Assembly (NCBI GenBank): GCA_965240325.2
Contig: OZ251226.1
Coordinates: forward strand, 248,001 to 312,000
Direction: 5' to 3'
From: Rebecca billardiae RCC1528
Lineage: Eukaryota > Protista > Haptophyta
Length of the DNA: 64,000 nt
Shown: piece by piece, positions 57,861-64,000 of the stretch
How the letters are laid out: each line of letters starts with the position of its first letter
How positions within the stretch are numbered: the first letter of the stretch is position 1
Notes under the pieces: generated by a model
Told to the model about the DNA's origin: nothing
The model's input: the letters and a program-made list of their open reading frames with translations, nothing else
Databases searched by the model: none
Program-made: the position numbers and the translations under genes

Positions 57861-58920
57861 GGCGCACGCCCCCCCCCCCCCGAAACTCGAAAGGTCTGAG
57901 CGTGAGTATAGCACATAACACCAGCCGTGTGTTCGAACATTCCGTCATAGTAAGATGCCTGTAAATTGTAAGAACCTGAAACAGCTCGCCAACCATAGAA
58001 AAGAGAGGTTAGGTCGGCTTTTATGTCGCTTGAAGTAAAGTATTATGCCGGCATCTGAACTCATGAACCGTCGCTTCTCAGTGGTGGATATCATCAGGTG
58101 AAGCCCCTTTGTTAAGCCCCTTGATTACTCTGTCATCTAACTACTGCTGATGCGACGTCAATGCCGAATGCTGGGTGGCAGTCCATTCTTGTATATTGCA
58201 GAGGTAAGATCTCTTTCAACCCCCATAGGGTGCCACTGGTATCTTTGATTATTCTTCGAAGCCAAACGCCGTTTTTTGAGCTGCCCACTTAGGGGCGAAG
58301 TGCGCTCAAAAAAATATACTACCCAGTTTTGTGCGCGCGCGCGCGCCGGGTGAGTGAGCACGCACGGGCTCAGCCTCGGACTCGCTGGCTGGCCGCCGCT
58401 GCTTCGAGGCCGACGCGGCAGAGGAGGCGGCGGGCGAGCACGGTGGCGCGGTGGAGCAGGCGCGCACGCGCGGCGGCAGGCGCGACCCGCCGCTCGCCTC
58501 GTTCCACCCCGAGCTCCGCGCTCGGTCTCGCCTCTCGGACTCGGTGCGCGGCTGCGCAGCGCCGTGAGCGCACGGGCCGGGGGCGGGGCCGCAGCAGTGG
58601 CGCGCGCTCTCGCTCTGCCGGCACGAGGCGCGCCGGCTGAGCGACCAGCGGCCCGTCGTCGAGCGCATGGCGCAGCGCGAGCACCTCAAGGCCGAGGTGC
58701 GCCCGCACGCGCGCACGCGCCGGCCCGCGCCGCGCGGCGCCTCTCGGAGTCTCGCTCGCCCTGCGCGCGCGCGCCGCCGCCCGGCCGGGCCGCTTCTCCG
58801 CGCGGCCCGCGGCGACAGTCCTCATCGGCCCGCCATGTCAGACTGAGACAGCAGCCGATGGAGGGTGCACCGCGGGCCCCTAACTACGTTGGTTCTACGG
58901 AAGAACCGCGGAACGCGGTC
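57861..58920 (+). mobile_element. hairpin-ended element (beta 5' end, type-1 3' end)
   Basis: 5' end matches 53620(rc), 58133-58192 matches 53105-53150(rc); 3' end matches 14860-14918; AT flanks. Confidence 0.65.
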
Positions 58921-59094
58921 ATTAACTAGTGACTTTATTCATTATTCATAGTGTGACTGAGACACTGACCCCTGCGCCGCGGGGATGATACGTATACGAT
59001 AGAGTCGCGAACCAGCCAATCGCCAGTCTCACTGTCCATCAGGCCATCCCAGATCCCCCGGCAGCAGATAGCAGCAAGTCCCATTACTACTAAT

Positions 59095-60381
59095 GGCCCG
59101 CGGTGCAGGGCGGAGCGCGCAGCGTGGAGCCCGCACCAGCGGGCCCGAACCACGTTTCAAAAAGATCTTTGATCAAGAAAAAAGGGACGGGGCGAATAAA
59201 AAAGGGACGGGGGCGATTTTAATTTTTTAGGGCTGGCGGAGACCGAGTTTCGAGTTTTTGAGATCGCATAGAGAGGTCTATTAGGCCGAAAAACACCGCG
59301 TCCACGATATTCCCTAAGTAAAGTGCGCGCGATCTGGACGTCAGCCGGACGTGACTTTAGCGTAACGGTTCGTTACGAGCGAATCGTATTCGTCGTCCCG
59401 GATCGCGTGACGTCCGGACTGGGCCACATCCGGATCGTCGGAGGTGACGTGCCCCGGCACGAGTGGCGGATGCGGGACGGCGCCTGCACGTGCCTCCGGA
59501 CCCGCCTCCCGCTTGCTGCTCACGCAGTCAGCTGCGACCGTGGCGCATGATCGCAGAAGCAGTGCCGGCAGTACGGCCTGCATCAGCTAGCTAGTGCCGC
59601 GCCGTCGTGGCGCGCGCGGTACGCGGTTGCGCGTTTGCAGCGCGGCTCGCCGCTCGGCGACGGCACGCGCGTGCGGCTCAGGTGTGTCAAATGCGGTCTC
59701 GTCGGCGCGCTTTCGCCTGCCACCTCGTGCACCCGTGCCGCCAGTTTCATCGTCTTCATGAGGACTGCTGCTGCTGTCGCCATCCGCTCTCCATCACCCC
59801 GAGTCGCGCGGCGCGCGCGGTAGGCACTAGGCAGGGCGTACGGTCACTCACCCGTGCAACGGGTCAAGTGGCCAGAGTACGTCTGGTCGTTGGCTGGCAC
59901 GGGCCGCAGCGCTAAAGCACCCTGCTGTCACACCCGACTCCTTCAGTACTCCGAGCTCCGCGGCACGACTCACTCGGCACGATCGCGGACGGGTCGGATC
60001 CGAGCTGATCAGCCAGAGTTGGACACAGTTTGGCAGCTACTAGTTGTAATTCCGATGCCGATGGCACGATCGCGGACGGGTCGGATCCGAGCTGATCAGC
60101 CAGTTGGACATTTGGCAGCTAGTTGTCAGACGGGCGTCCGATTTGACGACCGGTGCCGGGTGCGGTCTCAGGTCCGCTGCTGTGATTGTGTGAAGTGTGA
60201 ATGAGTCTCGCGGTCGCGCAGGCGCCAGGCAGGGCGACGGTCGGACTAATAGCTTCAGTCATCTCAGAACCGACTTCAATTATTGGCGAACTGCCACTAC
60301 GGCGGAGAGCCGCGATTGCACGGCCACCGCGGGCCCCCAACTGCGTTGATTCTATGCAGAAAAGGACCGCGGAACGCGGTC
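59095..60381 (+). mobile_element. hairpin-ended element (alpha 5', type-1 3')
   Basis: near-identical inverted copy at 62010-63468; AT flanks. Confidence 0.85.
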
Positions 60382-60727
60382 ATATTCTATGATTTAAAGA
60401 CACAGGCACGAGGGCGCAGCTCTTACCTGATTCGTCTGTCGAAGTACTGAATGGAGTTAATGGAGGATGTCGGAGCGCGTTGGCCGCGGGTGAGGGAGTC
60501 GTCGTCCCCGATGCTGATCACACGGTCTGTCTGTCGGTCACGCGGAGGTAGCCGCCGGTAGGCGCCCAGGGATGCCGCTGTTTTTGCAGTCGTCGCCGGC
60601 CTTGGTCATCATGTCGTAGTTGCCAGCGTCGTCTTCCGAGGCTGTTCAAGTTGATGCCATAGTGCAGGTAGTGGATGTGGTCGCCCGGGCCGGTGTGCGC
60701 GGCCTAGTGGCCTTGCCGAGTTGAGGT

Positions 60728-60850
60728 CGAGTAGTCGCCCTTGCCGTTGAGGAAGTCGTCGTCCTTGCCGTTGAGGAAGTCGTCGCCCTGGCCGCAGAGG
60801 AAGTCGTCGCCCTTGCCGTTGAGGATGTCGTCGCCCTGGCCGCTGAGGAT
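60728..60850 (-). repeat. 24-bp tandem repeat encoding G(Q/K)GDD(F/I)LN-like units
   Basis: GQGDDILN GKGDDFLC GQGDDFLN GKDDDFLN GKGDY on the minus strand. Confidence 0.7.
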
Positions 60851-61111
60851 CAGGATGCCTGCGCTGCCCGACTGGGCGCACCTGGCGCGCCAGCGCCGCG
60901 CGCGGCTCTGGGCCAGCGACAACGGCGCGGCAGCAGCCAGAGCACGGGGGCTACCATGCAGTTTCTTTCCGTTTCTGAATAATTCACGTGACGACAGTTC
61001 ACAGACAGTTATTTGTACATGTGGATTCTGTACCCGGACCGCCGGGCCGGGAGGCCACCGGGCCCGGCGCGACGCGCGTGTGCGCGCAACCGGCGGCACC
61101 CGGCGTCGACG

Positions 61112-61984
61112 ATGCCACCGCACATCCACGCTTGGAGCCTGATCATGGTATTGGGAATGTGCTGCACGCATGCTGCCCACGCAGCCCACGTGGACGACAA
61201 GGTCTTCTTCATCGGGCAGGGCTCGACGGGCACGCGCACGCTCGCAGAGATGATGCGCGCGCGCGGCTACAAAGCAGTGCACAACTTTTGCCCAGGTGGT
61301 GGGAAGATGCCTTGGAGCCGCCCGGTCAAGCACCGCAACAAGCACCACCCGTGTCTCAAGGACAACAACGCCTTCCTCGACCATGGCGATCTGGTTGACC
61401 TCCGTTGGCTTACTGCCACATACCCAAGCGCGCGCTTTGTGCTCAACGTGCGCCCTCTGCTGAATTGGGTGGTCAGCCGCGTCGACCACGTGGCGAACTT
61501 GCGGGAGGAACTGGGCTGTCCACCGTATGGCCTGAGACAGACGTGCCCGCAGCTCGACCACATGCCCGACAACTCGAACATCACTGTCGCGCACTGGATC
61601 AAGCGCGTTGCTGCGATGCAGCGCAGAGCTCTGCATATGTTCAGCAATTCGCGGTCGCTGCGGCAGCGCTTCGTCATCATCGGCCTCGAGACGACGTCGC
61701 CCTGCGACGTGGACAAACTCTTGGACTGGGTTCTGCGCGATCAGCCCTTGAACAGACGCCAAACGGCACGGCTCGTCAGGCAAGCTGCCGATCTACCTGC
61801 TGGAGGTGAGGCACGATGCACGAACGCGTCCGCTGAGACGCATGCAGGGGTTGTCTCGCACCCGCAGCGCACAACGACCCGAATACATTCTCTCTTGCGG
61901 TCGTTTGGCTGCGGCCCGTCGATGTGGGACGACGTGCTGTACATTCAATGTGCAGACAAGATCCCGCGCTCGATGCTGCACTGA
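61112..61984 (+). CDS. Sulfotransfer_4-like paralog 3 (intact)
   Basis: highly similar to paralog 2, open to RSMLH stop. Confidence 0.75.
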   Translation: MPPHIHAWSLIMVLGMCCTHAAHAAHVDDKVFFIGQGSTGTRTLAEMMRARGYKAVHNFCPGGGKMPWSRPVKHRNKHHPCLKDNNAFLDHGDLVDLRWLTATYPSARFVLNVRPLLNWVVSRVDHVANLREELGCPPYGLRQTCPQLDHMPDNSNITVAHWIKRVAAMQRRALHMFSNSRSLRQRFVIIGLETTSPCDVDKLLDWVLRDQPLNRRQTARLVRQAADLPAGGEARCTNASAETHAGVVSHPQRTTTRIHSLLRSFGCGPSMWDDVLYIQCADKIPRSMLH

Positions 61985-62009
61985 TGATATATATACCCAA
62001 TATATATAT

Positions 62010-63468
62010 GACCGCGTTCCGCGGTCCTTTTCTGCATAGAATCAACGCAGTTGCGGAGTTGGGGGCCCGCGGTGGCCGTGCAATCGCGGCTCTCCGCCGT
62101 AGTGGCAGTTCGCCAGTTGAAGTCGGTTCTAAGATGACTGAAGCTATTACTAGTATTAGTCCGACCGTCGCCCTGATGCCTGCGCGACCGCGAGACTCAT
62201 TCACACTTCGATCACACAATATATATAATAATCACAGCAGCGGACCTGAGACCGCACCCGGCACCGGTCGTCAAATCGGACGTCCGTCTGACAACTAGCT
62301 GCCAAATGTCCAACTGGCTGATCAGCTCGGATCCGACCCGTCCGCGATCGTGCCATCGGCATCGGAATTACTACTAGTAGCTGCCAAACTGTGTCCAACT
62401 CTGGCTGATCAGCTCGGACCTGAGACCGCACCCGGCACCGGTCGTCAAATCGGACGTCCGTCTGACAACTAGCTGCCAAATGTCCAACTGGCTGATCAGC
62501 TCGGATCCGACCCGTCCGCGATCGTGCCATCGGCATCGGAATTACTACTAGTAGCTGCCAAACTGTGTCCAACTCTGGCTGATCAGCTCGGATCCGACGA
62601 CCCGTCCGCGATCGTGCCGAGTGAGTCGTGCCGCGGAGCTCGGAGTACTGAAGGAGTCGGGTGTGACAGCAGGGTGCTTTAGCGCTGCGGCCCGTGCCAG
62701 CCAACGACCAGACGTACTCTGGCCACTTGACCCGTTGCACGGGTGAGTGACCGTACGCCCTGCCTAGTGCCTACCGCGCGCGCCGCGCGACTCGGGGTGA
62801 TGGAGAGCGGATGGCGACAGCAGCAGCAGTCCTCATGAAGACGATGAAACTGGCGGCACGGGTGCACGAGGTGGCAGGCGAAAGCGCGCCGACGAGACCG
62901 CATTTGACACACCTGAGCCGCACGCGCGTGCCGTCGCCGAGCGGCGAGCGCCGTGCAAACGCGCAACCGTACCGCGCGCGCCACGACGGCGCGGCACTAG
63001 CTGATGCAGGCCGTACTGCCGGCACTGCTTCTGCGATCATGCGCCACGGTCGCAGCTGACTGCGTGAGCAGCAAGCGGGAGGCGGGTCCGGAGGCACGTG
63101 CAGGCGCCGTCCCGCATCCGGCGCCATCGTGCCGGGGCACGTCACCTCCGACGATCCGGATGTGGCCCAGTCCGGACGTCACGCGATCCGGGACGACGAA
63201 TACGATTCGCTCGTAACGAACCGTTACGCTAAAGTCACGTCCGGCTGACGTCCAGATCGCGCGCACTTTACTTAGGGAATATCGTGGACGCGGTGTTTTT
63301 CGGCCTAATAGACCTCTCTATGCGATCTCAAAAACTCGAAACTCGGTCTCCGCCAGCCCTAAAAATCGCCCCCCGTCCCTTTTTTCTTGATCAAAGATCT
63401 TTTTGAAACGTGGTTCGGGCCCGCTGGTGCGGGCTCCACGCTGCGCGCTCCGCCCTGCACCGCGGGCC
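62010..63468 (-). mobile_element. inverted copy of 59095-60381 with an extra internal ~175-bp duplication
   Basis: reverse-complement match; duplicated block 62242-62590. Confidence 0.85.
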
Positions 63469-64000
63469 ATAATAATTACTAGTTCGTTCGTTCATCAAGA
63501 ATCTCATCATCATTCATCACTTGATCTAGATGATAATTGCATGACGACGATTGACGAATCGTCAAACTCGCTGGACTATGGATCGCTCAAGTTTTTTTCG
63601 TACGTATTCAAACTGTCCCGGACGCGCCGGCACTCCGTGACTCTTCAGGATGAAAAACTTGTTAGTAACTTAGGAATGAAAAACATTACAATCAAACATG
63701 ATTACATCAGCGTTCGAGACCACGCTGATTGATGGCGCGTCTTTGTTTGAATCGACGCCTCAGCATCGGGGTCCCCACCTGCCGCCGAATGATCTCGACG
63801 CGCAGCGTGGAATCGAGCTGCGCCTCGCGCCAGCTCCCGGCGTAGGCCAAGTGCCATGCACCGCCCCGCCGTCAACCCGCGCTCGCGCCTCGCGCGCACG
63901 CGGATCCCGCGACTCATTGGTCGCGCCCGCCACTCGGTGGCGCTGCCAGCTGCGCCTCGCGTCAGCTGCAGACGTAGGCTCGGCGTCGCTGCGCCGCCTC

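Overview
GC-rich eukaryotic nuclear DNA. Short GC-rich introns with GTGCGC-type donors, plastid- and mitochondrion-targeted genes and a flagellar repeat protein suggest a flagellated alga, possibly a haptophyte (inference). About 17 protein genes are supportable: a triple-SAM secreted protein, a zeta-toxin-like P-loop kinase, PPR-SMR, a small intron-containing protein, a Golgi-type sulfotransferase, an RsmB/NSUN methyltransferase, an SDR, a giant PGPGxY (SHIPPO/STPG) repeat protein, ALDH, a GNB1L-like WD40, MTFP1, Sec14-PH, a small membrane protein, a GT54-like glycosyltransferase and three Sulfotransfer_4-like paralogs. Many sit in tight head-to-head pairs separated by islands of non-autonomous mobile elements. 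The most striking non-genic structures are: (i) miniature non-coding elements with split-direct-repeat architecture A-x-B-A-y-B (15663-17566, 44915-46570, 49627-51285), the layout of tyrosine-recombinase retroelements, one carrying five covarying RNA hairpins; (ii) a modular family of AT-flanked elements ending in a 3' hairpin with exchangeable 5' ends; (iii) each of the three sulfotransferase paralogs bracketed by an inverted pair of related elements; (iv) an element whose TIRs are themselves ~94-bp palindromes. No transposase, RT or recombinase ORF is recognisable in the window. All coordinates were read by eye and product calls rest on motif recognition only.
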